From assembly GCA_012519205.1 (NCBI GenBank), contig JAAYQR010000028.1:4411-68410 (forward strand): DNA of 64,000 bases, given 5' to 3'. This DNA is from Candidatus Epulonipiscium sp. Its GTDB lineage: Bacteria; Bacillota; Clostridia; Lachnospirales; Defluviitaleaceae. Positions 20,091 to 29,498 of this stretch are shown here, one piece after another. Below the pieces are notes generated by a model. The model was not told the DNA's origin, did no database searches, and saw nothing but the letters and a program-made list of their open reading frames with translations. Numbering within the stretch: the first letter of the stretch is position 1; the number at the start of each line of letters is the position of its first letter. The translations under genes and the position numbers were made by a program.

Positions 20091-21310
20091 CCCCCTAAAC
20101 CAATCCTATCAACTTTCAATACCAAACTATCTTTTATTCTATATTTTTTATTGCTAACCATAAGCTCGATTATCGTTTCGCAATAAGGTTCCTTGTTCAT
20201 CCCCCATTTATCCCAACCCGTTAAGCGAACTCTAAATGGAATTTCTGCCTTTTTTGATATAAGATATTTTTTAGCCTCAAAACCAATCCAGGAATCCTTA
20301 GGAAAGATATGAACCATGGCATCTTTCCCGGTTTCGTTTTCAATTATTAGCACTCCCACATCATCTTGTTTATAGGATTTTTTAGAAAGACTTATATTAA
20401 AAACTTGCTTTTGTGTTACTATAACCTTATATGTGCTTTCCATATCCTCATGATGAATCTTGATATATCCAAAGTTAATTTTGTTTTTAATTTTATTGGG
20501 TATAATTTCATACTCAATAATAAGTTTATTTTCTTTAAAATCCTGGGCTGTAAATATGGACTTAGATAGTTTTATCCAAGACTCATTGGTTTCTAGTTCT
20601 ATATCAATCAAACCCCATCCTTTTTTGTGCAGTATTATCCCTTTTTTGTTTGGCCTCTTATCCTTAGGAGATAGTTCTACTTTCCTTATATCGTCCTCTA
20701 TCCATATGGTTGGGGGTTGCTTATTGTTTGTTAATCTTAAAAAATATTCCAATGCCCAGTCCTTTTGTGAAATTATAATAATTTGGTTATATATTTTTAC
20801 ATATTCTAAGTTCTGACTTTGATAAAGCCAAGACAAAAATCCCGGTGAACAGAATATTTCATTTGCCCGTTCCCAATTATTTTTTGCAAACTCTGTGAAT
20901 TCCTCTAGGCTGGATACGCTATTGGTTTCATCAATAATTAACATTGGTTTTTTTATTCCGATATGGTTAGAAATCTCCTGTTCTCCTCCATTTGATTCTA
21001 TTATCCAAGTATCTTCATATGTATTACCCCAAAACATATTTTTACTATCAATACGATATATGATAACCTGCACATTATCCTTCCATTCTGCAGAATTAAA
21101 ATTTTCAGGTGTAAACTCTGCATATCCTTTTTTAGAAAAAACTTTACCCTTTAAGGGAGTTCCCCCTTTGTTTTCTACTCTAAATGCCCCTGTATATATG
21201 GATTGTGATGCAATTGTTATTCTTAGATTATTAATAGGTACAAAAAGTATCGGAGGGGTTTTACTATAATCTTCCCTATTAACTTGATAAGAAGTATTTT
21301 CCAATGTCAT
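20087..21310 (-). CDS. Ig/BACON-like beta-domain protein, DUF5717-like (N-terminal part)
   Basis: YTGAFRVENKGGTPLKGKV, IESNGGE, SLEEFTEFAKNNWERANEIF, KKGWGLIDI, ESWIKL. True start is probably TTG at 21304, 6 nt after AGGAGG. Confidence 0.65.
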   Translation of the reverse strand: MTLENTSYQVNREDYSKTPPILFVPINNLRITIASQSIYTGAFRVENKGGTPLKGKVFSKKGYAEFTPENFNSAEWKDNVQVIIYRIDSKNMFWGNTYEDTWIIESNGGEQEISNHIGIKKPMLIIDETNSVSSLEEFTEFAKNNWERANEIFCSPGFLSWLYQSQNLEYVKIYNQIIIISQKDWALEYFLRLTNNKQPPTIWIEDDIRKVELSPKDKRPNKKGIILHKKGWGLIDIELETNESWIKLSKSIFTAQDFKENKLIIEYEIIPNKIKNKINFGYIKIHHEDMESTYKVIVTQKQVFNISLSKKSYKQDDVGVLIIENETGKDAMVHIFPKDSWIGFEAKKYLISKKAEIPFRVRLTGWDKWGMNKEPYCETIIELMVSNKKYRIKDSLVLKVDRIGLGG

Positions 21311-21338
21311 CCTCCTTTACTTTAAGGTATTATTAATT

Positions 21339-21368
21339 ATTATATATCAATCTACTTTAATTTTCCAA
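21339..21368 (-). promoter_or_regulatory. Sigma-A-like promoter of the Hsp70/DUF5717 operon
   Basis: TTGGAA-18 bp-TATAAT on the minus strand. No CIRCE inverted repeat visible in 21311-21500. Confidence 0.4.
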
Positions 21369-21527
21369 TATATTATGAATACATTAATCTTTACTGATAT
21401 CTTTTACTTATTCATAAGGATTAATTGACTTCTAGTTGCTTATGTCCTCTTTTGGTGTATAATATATAAAAATCCACTCATAAATGTAATTTTTTAATTT
21501 ATGCCTAAGGGCAGAACGGAGGACAAC

Positions 21528-22628
21528 ATGGAAAAATCTAAACATTACCTACACGGGGGAGATCTTGAAGCTATAGAAAAGCTATATAAAATTCCAAGAG
21601 ATAAACTTATTGATTTTAGCTCCAATGTTAACCCTTTAGGAATTTCTCCAAAAGCTAAAGAAGAATTAGCACATAATCTTGATTTGATTTCTACTTATCC
21701 AGATAGAGAATATATTAATCTTCGTCAAAAAATCTCTAAATACACGGGAGCTAGTTTTGAGTCTATCATAGTGGGCAATGGCTCAACGGAACTTATTTCC
21801 CTATTTATTAAACTAATAAATCCAAAAAAGTCTTTGGTTATAGGTCCCACTTATTCAGAATACGAAAGAGAAATTCTTTTAGGTGGCGGTAAGATAGAGT
21901 ATTACCCCTTAAAGGAAAAATTGGATTTTGAGATTGATATAGAAAATCTTAAAAACTCTTTATCAGAAGATTTATCTTTACTCGTTATATGTAATCCAAA
22001 CAATCCCACAAGTTCTGCTATTTCAAATTCTGATTTGGATGTGATAATTAATCATTGTAAGTCAAAAGGCATATATGTTCTAATTGATGAAACTTATATA
22101 GAATTTACAGAAAACATGGAAAAACTAGAGTCAATTTCCTTATCAAAATCATATGATAACCTAATTATTCTAAGGGGAATATCCAAATTCTTTTCTTCCC
22201 CGGGACTTCGTTTTGGATACGGTATATGCGGAAACAAAGACTTAATTAATAAAATGAATGACTATAAAAATCCATGGACCATAAATATATTAGCTTCCTT
22301 TGGTGCAGGAATTATGTTAGAAGATAGGGAGTATATTAAAGCCACAAAAAAAATGATTTGCTCAGAAAGAACTAAAATGTATAATGCCTTAAAATCTTGG
22401 AAAAACATTAAGGTATACGAACCCAAAGCTAATTTTATCCTTTTTAAGCTTCTTAGGGGTGATATTAACTCCACAGAGATTTTCGAGAAACTTATTAAGC
22501 AAAATATGATTATAAGAGATGCCGCTAGCTTTCCGTTTTTAAATTCTAGGTATATGAGATTTTGTTTTTTACTTCCAGAACAAAACCAACAACTTATAGA
22601 TTATCTTTACGAACTGATTGAACAGTAA
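21528..22628 (+). CDS. cobD: PLP-dependent threonine-phosphate decarboxylase CobD / HisC-like class I/II aminotransferase
   Basis: HGG, DFSSNVNPLG, GNGSTELI, CNPNNPT, DETY, SKFF..PGLRFGY. Start MEKS follows a GGAGG RBS. Confidence 0.75.
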   Translation: MEKSKHYLHGGDLEAIEKLYKIPRDKLIDFSSNVNPLGISPKAKEELAHNLDLISTYPDREYINLRQKISKYTGASFESIIVGNGSTELISLFIKLINPKKSLVIGPTYSEYEREILLGGGKIEYYPLKEKLDFEIDIENLKNSLSEDLSLLVICNPNNPTSSAISNSDLDVIINHCKSKGIYVLIDETYIEFTENMEKLESISLSKSYDNLIILRGISKFFSSPGLRFGYGICGNKDLINKMNDYKNPWTINILASFGAGIMLEDREYIKATKKMICSERTKMYNALKSWKNIKVYEPKANFILFKLLRGDINSTEIFEKLIKQNMIIRDAASFPFLNSRYMRFCFLLPEQNQQLIDYLYELIEQ

Positions 22629-22656
22629 AAGGCTGCCTAATAGGTAGCCTTTTTTG
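22627..22656. terminator. Bidirectional intrinsic terminator
   Basis: AAAAGGCTGCCTA-A-TAGGTAGCCTTTTTT between convergent genes. Confidence 0.75.
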
Positions 22657-22661
22657 CTTTC

Positions 22662-23858
22662 TTATTTTCCTGAAATATAATCAATAAACTGGCGAGCCGT
22701 CCTTCCAGAGCGGCCATTATGCCACATTTCCCATTGTAGCGCTTTTTTTCGCAATTCTTCCCTTGGGATATCTATTTGATGTTTGGCCGCTAAACCCTCT
22801 ACTATTTTAAGGTATTCTTCCTGACTTGGGGATATATAAGTAATGCTTATGCCAAACCTATCTGCCAAGGATATCTTTTCTTGAACAGAATCAGAAATAT
22901 GTATTTCTTCAGTGTTTTGCCTATCATTCCACGTTTCTTTTATCAAATGTCTTCTATTAGATGTAGCATAGATTAAAACATTATCCGGTTTTTTCTCTAT
23001 ACCCCCTTCGATGACAGCTTTCATATGCTTATATTCTATTTCAAATTCTTCGAAGGATAAATCATCCATAAATATTATAAAATATCTATTCCTATTTCTA
23101 ATAAGGGATATTATTTTATTAAAATCAATAAGTTGATTTTTGTTTAATTCAATTAATCTAAGACCCCTGTGGGCATATTCATTTAAAAGAGCTTTAACAG
23201 AAGAAGATTTCCCTGTCCCCCTATCTCCAAATAACAAAACATTATTTGCACTTTTCCCTTCTAGAAAACCTTCTGTGTTTTCCTTTAAAATCTTTTTTTG
23301 TTCCTCATAGCCTATTAAATCCTTAAGTCTTATGTTGTCGGGATTTTCTATACCTTTTAATCCGTCTTCCCACCTAAATGCCCTATATTTCCCCATCATA
23401 CCGCAGCCATTTTCATAATAATACCGTGCCAATTTATTAATGATATCGTCTATGGCGATATTATCTTTTTGGGATGCATTTAAAAATGATAAGGGCTCTA
23501 TTTTAAGTTTGCTTGCTATTATATCCCAATCTATATGGGCAAATTCACTCAAAATTAACAAATCCCTTTTCACAACCATTTCTATTGCTGTATCCCTTTT
23601 ATTATTTTCTTTTTCACAGGAAAGACTAAAAATATTTTCATCCTCAATTACTAAATGAATTATATAATTTTTCCACAAAGAATCTCTTAAGTTATATTTA
23701 AAACCAAATTCAAGAAGCTGTGAGATAATTTCTGAAAAATCATTTTGTAATTTGGTACCATCCTTGTTTTGCTGTTTCAAATCCGTAATAAGTCTTTGGG
23801 TTGCACTTATTAGCTTATCCTCCAAAAGACTTCTATAAATCAATAAATTATTTATCAT
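22662..23858 (-). CDS. DUF815 family AAA+ ATP-binding protein
   Basis: NVLLFGDRGTGKSS, FMDDLSFE, YATSNRRHL, SLADRFG, GRSGRTARQF. Confidence 0.9.
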   Translation of the reverse strand: MINNLLIYRSLLEDKLISATQRLITDLKQQNKDGTKLQNDFSEIISQLLEFGFKYNLRDSLWKNYIIHLVIEDENIFSLSCEKENNKRDTAIEMVVKRDLLILSEFAHIDWDIIASKLKIEPLSFLNASQKDNIAIDDIINKLARYYYENGCGMMGKYRAFRWEDGLKGIENPDNIRLKDLIGYEEQKKILKENTEGFLEGKSANNVLLFGDRGTGKSSSVKALLNEYAHRGLRLIELNKNQLIDFNKIISLIRNRNRYFIIFMDDLSFEEFEIEYKHMKAVIEGGIEKKPDNVLIYATSNRRHLIKETWNDRQNTEEIHISDSVQEKISLADRFGISITYISPSQEEYLKIVEGLAAKHQIDIPREELRKKALQWEMWHNGRSGRTARQFIDYISGK

Positions 23859-23943
23859 ATTAATTCTCCTTTGATTATAAAATCAGCCTACGACTTAACT
23901 GTACAAGGCAGTAAGCCATAGGCATTAGTATCGTTTGTTAAAA

Positions 23944-24660
23944 TTAAATATGTTTAAACCATCGTGATAAGACAAATATTATAAAAGAATGTAGCGGGAT
24001 AATAACCAACCCTGCAATTATCCTTCCAGGTAAGAATGCCAGAAATCCCTTTTCATAAGTAATTGCAAGCACAAAGGTATTTATTATTAGTGAAATTATA
24101 AAATACCCTACGGTTACTACAAATAATATCTTATCAAATGAATATAGGCTATCTTTTGATTTTACGATTATCCCTAATATAATAGGAAGCACTATAAATG
24201 CTAGAGCAACTAACCCATATAGTATCAAAATAAAATTCGATATCTCAATATTTTGGGTCATAGGAACATATATTGCCCCTACCGCCATAATAAGGCTAAA
24301 TATAACATTTATAATATGAAAATTAATCTTGACTTTATGGTTTCTAATTACCCAATAAATTAAACCCGGTAATAATCCTCTCAAAATTGCCCCTACTGTC
24401 ATCCCAGGGATATAAGGCCCACCCATGGGATTAATGATAAATCCCAAGATATCGCTTACCCCCCCGGTTAATGCTCCAGCAATAGGTCCAAAGAGTATAC
24501 CACTTATTATAACGGGTATATCCCCAAATCCTATGCGTAGAACCGGGAACCCTGCCAAGGGAATCATATATGAGAAAAATCTAGTCAATATAATGCTAAT
24601 TCCTGAAAGCAGTCCACAAGAGACCAAAATCTTTGTATCAAAAACTTTTGATTTATTCAA
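23944..24660 (-). CDS. folT: Folate ECF transporter S component FolT
   Basis: Hydrophobic; RIGFGDIP..GILFGP..G..SDILG motif; THF riboswitch upstream. TTG start at 24660 after AAGGAGG. Confidence 0.85.
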   Translation of the reverse strand: MNKSKVFDTKILVSCGLLSGISIILTRFFSYMIPLAGFPVLRIGFGDIPVIISGILFGPIAGALTGGVSDILGFIINPMGGPYIPGMTVGAILRGLLPGLIYWVIRNHKVKINFHIINVIFSLIMAVGAIYVPMTQNIEISNFILILYGLVALAFIVLPIILGIIVKSKDSLYSFDKILFVVTVGYFIISLIINTFVLAITYEKGFLAFLPGRIIAGLVIIPLHSFIIFVLSRWFKHI

Positions 24661-24731
24661 ACTCTCCCTCCTTTCTCTAGTATGATATGACATGAGTAAC
24701 ACACCACACTAAAGAAAGGGGTTCTTTAATG

Positions 24732-24840
24732 CACAGCGGAAGCGATAAAGCACCGCAGCAATGGATTTATAAAATCCATCTCTTTCGTTTAAGAGCAACT
24801 TCCCATCTCTTAACACTTAACGCGCCTTATCTACTCTGTC
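24732..24840 (-). ncRNA. THF riboswitch
   Basis: Minus strand reads ACAGAGTAG..GCGTTAAGTG..ATGGGAAGTTG..AACGAA..GCGGTG..GCTTCCGCTGT, matching the THF aptamer pattern, upstream of folT. Confidence 0.92.
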
Positions 24841-24954
24841 ATTCCATAATCATTATATATAATTATACAAAATTCTGCAAGAAATAATAGATAAACAACA
24901 GCCATTATTCCATATTTCTCTTTTTTCCAGCTCTATTTAATTTATTCCGTGAGT

Positions 24955-25016
24955 TGTCATTCTGAGCAGAGCAAAAAATATAGGCCTCAAAATCCTTTAC
25001 TTCGTTTAGGACGGTA
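24955..25016. repeat. Degenerate GTCATTCTGA-type palindromic intergenic repeat, copy 1
   Basis: TGTCATTCTGAGCAGAGCAAAAAAT...AATCCTTTACTTCGTTTAGGACGGTA; a related copy lies at 63955-64000. Confidence 0.5.
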
Positions 25017-25041
25017 GGGACGGATTTACTGGTTAAATAGG

Positions 25042-25107
25042 TATTGACATTTCGTCAATAATATGCATATAATAAACCGTTTCATTTGTTTAGCAAATCT
25101 AAACAAA
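25042..25107 (+). promoter_or_regulatory. Promoter and candidate operators of the polyamine transport operon
   Basis: TTGACA(25044)-18 bp-TATAAT(25068); palindromes TATTGAC-N5-GTCAATA and TTTGTTTAG-N5-CTAAACAAA. Confidence 0.65.
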
Positions 25108-25147
25108 AAGTTTAGTTAATCAAAACATACAGGAATAGGGTGTATTT

Positions 25148-25687
25148 ATGAATATCGGTGAAAAAATAAAATTACTAAGGATTACTAATGGCTTAACTCA
25201 AGAAGAACTAGCTAACCGTTGCGAACTTACAAAGGGATTTATTTCTCAAGTTGAAAGGGATTTAACATCTCCTTCTATTGCAACCTTAGTTGATATTTTA
25301 GAATGCTTGGGAACCAATTTAAAAAACTTTTTCAATGAAGCCGAAGAAGAAAAAATCGTATTTCACAAGGATGATATTTTTATTCAAGAGGACCTTGATA
25401 ATAAAAACGAAATACATTGGATAATCCCAAATGCACAGAAAAATCATATGGAACCTATTATGCTTGTTATGGAAAAAGGCGGAAGTTCCATACCACATCC
25501 ACCCCACGAAGGGGAAGAATTCGGGTATGTTTTATCGGGAAATATTTTAATCAATATTGGTAATAACAAGTATAAGGCGAAAAAAGGCGAAACCTTTTGC
25601 TTTAAACCTTCTAAATCTCATTTTATTTCCAATACAGGAAATTCAAAGGCAAAAATATTATGGGTATGCACCCCACCTAGTTTCTAA
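25148..25687 (+). CDS. XRE HTH-cupin regulator (PuuR-like) of potABCD
   Basis: [26 protein letters not shown]; cupin [10 protein letters not shown]; first gene of the pot operon. Confidence 0.9.
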   Translation: MNIGEKIKLLRITNGLTQEELANRCELTKGFISQVERDLTSPSIATLVDILECLGTNLKNFFNEAEEEKIVFHKDDIFIQEDLDNKNEIHWIIPNAQKNHMEPIMLVMEKGGSSIPHPPHEGEEFGYVLSGNILINIGNNKYKAKKGETFCFKPSKSHFISNTGNSKAKILWVCTPPSF

Positions 25688-25715
25688 CGATATCATTTAT
25701 AAGGAGGAAATCAAT

Positions 25716-26762
25716 ATGGCAAAGAATATAATCGAATTAGTAGATATCTCAAAAACTTATGACTCTACGGAAGTGCTTAAGGGCATTAATCTCTATATCA
25801 AAAAAAATGAGTTTTTAACTCTACTAGGTCCTAGTGGGTGTGGCAAAACCACTACCTTAAGAATTATTGGAGGGTTTGAATTTCCTACAAGGGGCAAAAT
25901 TATTTTTGAAGGAAAAAATATTAATTCCCTTCCTCCTTACAAAAGAAAGGTAAATACTGTCTTTCAAAAATATGCCTTGTTTTCTCATATGAATGTTGAA
26001 GAAAACATTGCCTTTGGCCTTAAAATCAAGAAAGTAAATGAAAAAACTATACAAGAAAAAATTCATAAGATATTAAAATTAGTTAACCTTGAAGGATATG
26101 AAAAACGCTCCATTGATTCCCTTAGTGGCGGACAACAACAAAGAATTGCCATTGCCAGAGCTTTAGTAAATGAACCAGATGTATTGTTATTGGATGAACC
26201 CCTTGGTGCCCTTGACTTAAAACTAAGGCAGGATATGCAAGTGGAACTTAAGAGAATGCAAAAACAGCTGGGCATTACATTTATATATGTAACCCATGAC
26301 CAAGAAGAAGCCTTAACGATGTCTGATACTATTGTCGTTATGAAAGATGGGATTATTCAACAAATTGGAACCCCGGAAGATATCTATAACGAACCAAAAA
26401 ATGCCTTTGTTGCAGATTTTATTGGGGAAAGCAATATTATCTCAGGAATAATGAAACAAGATTGCTTGGTCGAATTTAGCAAAACCGCATTCCAGTGTGT
26501 GGATAAGGGTTTTGCCCTTAATCAGCCAGTAGATGTGGTTATAAGGCCTGAAGATATAGAGGTAAGCTCTAATGAACAAGGAATGCTTTCTGGTATAGTC
26601 CAGTCGACCACCTTCAAGGGAGTCCATTATGAGATGATTATTAAAACGGATTCCTTCGAATGGATGGTTCATAGCACTGCCATGTATCCTCCGAAATCAG
26701 CAGTGGGGATTAATATCGCCCCCCACAATATTCATATTATGAAAAAGGTGGTGAACCAATGA
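25716..26762 (+). CDS. potA: Spermidine/putrescine ABC transporter ATPase PotA
   Basis: [27 protein letters not shown]. Start MAKN follows AAGGAGG. Confidence 0.95.
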   Translation: MAKNIIELVDISKTYDSTEVLKGINLYIKKNEFLTLLGPSGCGKTTTLRIIGGFEFPTRGKIIFEGKNINSLPPYKRKVNTVFQKYALFSHMNVEENIAFGLKIKKVNEKTIQEKIHKILKLVNLEGYEKRSIDSLSGGQQQRIAIARALVNEPDVLLLDEPLGALDLKLRQDMQVELKRMQKQLGITFIYVTHDQEEALTMSDTIVVMKDGIIQQIGTPEDIYNEPKNAFVADFIGESNIISGIMKQDCLVEFSKTAFQCVDKGFALNQPVDVVIRPEDIEVSSNEQGMLSGIVQSTTFKGVHYEMIIKTDSFEWMVHSTAMYPPKSAVGINIAPHNIHIMKKVVNQ

Positions 26763-27582
26763 AAAAAAATGGCTATCCTATCCTTATATACTCTGGATGG
26801 GGATTTTCGTTGTTGTTCCTTTAATTTTAGTCTTTTTTTTCAGTATCACCACTTCTAGTGATGGAACACTCGTATTTTCCTTGGAGCATTACCGACGCTT
26901 TATGGAACCTCTTTACCTTAAGGTATTGTTAAAATCTATTTCCCTTGCAGGAGTAAGCACAATAATATGTCTTATTTTAGGTTACCCCGTAGCTCTTATT
27001 TTAGCCGGCAGACAAATGAATAAAAAAAGTTTTCTTCTTTTTTTATTCGTTCTGCCTATGTGGATGAATTTCTTACTTAGGACCTACGCCTGGATGACTC
27101 TACTCGAAAAGAATGGATTTATTAATACCATATTATCCCTCTTTGGATTGGGTCCATTCCAACTCCTATACAATGATGCCGCCGTTATATTGGGTATGGT
27201 TTATAACTTTCTACCCTTTATGGTCCTTCCTATTTATTCGGTATTGAGAAAAATTGATCATAGTATCATCGAGGCAGCTGAGGATTTGGGAGCCAACCAA
27301 ATTATAATATTTAAAAAAATAATATTTCCCTTAAGTCTACCTGGGGTTTTTTCTGGTATATCTATGGTATTTATGCCTGCCGTCACCACCTTTGTTATTT
27401 CAAGACTTCTCGGGGGAGGTCAATATATGCTTATTGGAAATTTAATCGAAAGACAATTCCTTTTAGCCGGGGATTGGAATTTTGGTTCCGCCATATCTAT
27501 TGTTATGATGATTATTATTTTAATAAGTATGGGTGTTACATCAAAATATGATAAAGAACATGAGGGGGGAGGACTATGGTAA
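26759..27582 (+). CDS. potB: Spermidine/putrescine permease PotB (apparent 1-nt deletion in an A8 run just after the start codon)
   Basis: [22 protein letters not shown]. The RBS-preceded ATG at 26759 is out of frame with the body by one base. Confidence 0.88.
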
Positions 27583-28349
27583 AAAACATAATAAATCGCA
27601 TCTATTTGTTTATAATATTTGTATTCCTATATGCCCCTATTGCAGTGCTCATTGTTTTTTCTTTTAATGATTCTAAATCAAGGGCCCGCTGGAGTGGTTT
27701 TACCCTTAAGTGGTATGAGGGATTATTAAGAAGCCCGGATATAAAAAAGGCCCTTTATTATACTATAATCATTGCTATACTATCTTCTGTTATCTCTACA
27801 GTTATTGGTACTATCGCAGCCATAGGGATACACAATATGAAAAAATGGAAAAAAGGATTGGTAATGAATCTTACTTATTTGCCAATACTTAACCCAGATA
27901 TTGTAACCGGTATATCCCTTATGATTTTATTTATCTTTATTCGCCTAAAATTAGGGTTTTTTTCAATGCTCTTGGCACATATTACATTTAATATACCCTA
28001 TGTTATTTTGTCTGTAATGCCTAAGCTAAAACAGTTAAATAAACATCTGTATGAGGCGGCTTTAGACCTTGGAGCAACCCCTACCTATGCGTTTTTTAAA
28101 GTTATATTGCCTGAAATTATGCCTGGTATTATAACCGGTGCCCTATTGGCCTTTACCCTGTCTTTGGATGATTTTGTAATCAGCTTTTTTAATACCAGTT
28201 CAGGGGTAACTAATTTATCTATTACTATTTATTCTATGGCAAGAAAAGGAGTAAATCCAACTATCAATGCATTGTCTACATTAATGTTTCTTACTGTATT
28301 GATTTTACTCTTTATTGTTAATAAAAGAACTTCAAAAGATACCCATTGA
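27576..28349 (+). CDS. potC: Spermidine/putrescine permease PotC
   Basis: FLYAPI..SFN, GFTLKWY, EAALDLGA, FTLSLDDF. Confidence 0.94.
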   Translation: MVKNIINRIYLFIIFVFLYAPIAVLIVFSFNDSKSRARWSGFTLKWYEGLLRSPDIKKALYYTIIIAILSSVISTVIGTIAAIGIHNMKKWKKGLVMNLTYLPILNPDIVTGISLMILFIFIRLKLGFFSMLLAHITFNIPYVILSVMPKLKQLNKHLYEAALDLGATPTYAFFKVILPEIMPGIITGALLAFTLSLDDFVISFFNTSSGVTNLSITIYSMARKGVNPTINALSTLMFLTVLILLFIVNKRTSKDTH

Positions 28350-28362
28350 GGAGGAGATTTTA

Positions 28363-29412
28363 ATGAAAAAACTAGGATTTATTACTTTTTTACTGTTTTC
28401 CATAGCCACTGTCCTATCTTCCTGCACAACCAGTGATAGTACAGGTAATAAAACGGTTCTCAATATTTATAACTGGGGAGATTATATCGATGAAGATGTT
28501 ATAAAAGGATTTGAAAACAAATATGGGATTAAGGTAAACTATGATACCTTTGCTACTAATGAAGATATGTACGTTAAAATTAAATCAGGGGGAAGCAATT
28601 ATGATGTTATTTTCCCTTCGGACTATATGATAGAAAAAATGATTAACGAAAACCTACTCCAAAAAATAGACTTAAATAATATCTCTAACTATGACTTAAT
28701 AGACAGCCAATTTAAAAACCTAGATTATGATCCTAACAATGAATATTCCGTTCCCTATATGTGGGGGACTGTAGGAATTCTTTATAATAAGACCATGGTT
28801 GATGAGCCGATTGATAGCTGGGATATTCTTTGGGATAAAAAATATGCAAAGCAGATATTTATGCTAGATAGCCAAAGAGATTCCATAGGGGTTGCCCTAA
28901 AAAAATTAGGTTTTTCCTTTAACACCAGGGAGGTTAGTGAATTAGAACAAGCAAAACAGGCGCTAATTGAGCAGCGCCCTTTAGTCCTAGCTTATGTAGG
29001 GGATGAGGTTAAGGACAAAATGATTGGGGAAGAGGCTGCCTTCGCCGTAGTCTGGTCTGGGGATGCCGTATATTGTAAAAGAGAAAATCCAAATCTTGAA
29101 TATGTAATCCCCAAGGAAGGTTCAAACTTTTGGTTCGATGCAATGGCTATCCCGTCATCAGCCAAAAATAAAGAAGAAGCCGAAATGTTTATAAATTATT
29201 TATGTGAAACCGATATTGCCTTTGCCAATACGAATTATATAGGATATTCTACCCCTCATATAGCAGCAAAGGAAATGCTTGAGGAGGATATCCTATATGA
29301 TAGGGCTGCTTACCCCCTCGAAGAAGACATAGCACATTGTGAAATTTTCAAAGACTTAGGGGGCTTTGTTAAAGAGTACGATAGAATATGGACTGAAATT
29401 ATGGCACAATAA
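28363..29412 (+). CDS. potD: Spermidine/putrescine-binding lipoprotein PotD
   Basis: Lipobox LSSC, IYNWGDYID, PSDY, PYMWGT, WSGDA, PKEGSN. Start MKKL follows GAGGAG. Confidence 0.93.
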   Translation: MKKLGFITFLLFSIATVLSSCTTSDSTGNKTVLNIYNWGDYIDEDVIKGFENKYGIKVNYDTFATNEDMYVKIKSGGSNYDVIFPSDYMIEKMINENLLQKIDLNNISNYDLIDSQFKNLDYDPNNEYSVPYMWGTVGILYNKTMVDEPIDSWDILWDKKYAKQIFMLDSQRDSIGVALKKLGFSFNTREVSELEQAKQALIEQRPLVLAYVGDEVKDKMIGEEAAFAVVWSGDAVYCKRENPNLEYVIPKEGSNFWFDAMAIPSSAKNKEEAEMFINYLCETDIAFANTNYIGYSTPHIAAKEMLEEDILYDRAAYPLEEDIAHCEIFKDLGGFVKEYDRIWTEIMAQ

Positions 29413-29498
29413 AATATATGGCGCAGCAAGACAAGCACCATTAGCTTCCCCCTAGTCATATACTACTAATGGAATTTTTAGTAAAGTGAGGAATTGGA

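Noticed and set aside
25557..25715. Upstream extension of PotA
   Set aside because: Overlaps the regulator gene; the RBS supports a start at 25716.
29435..29465. Sigma-K/E promoter of sleC (GCAC...CATATACTA)
   Set aside because: Plausible -10 but the spacing is off consensus; too weak to call.
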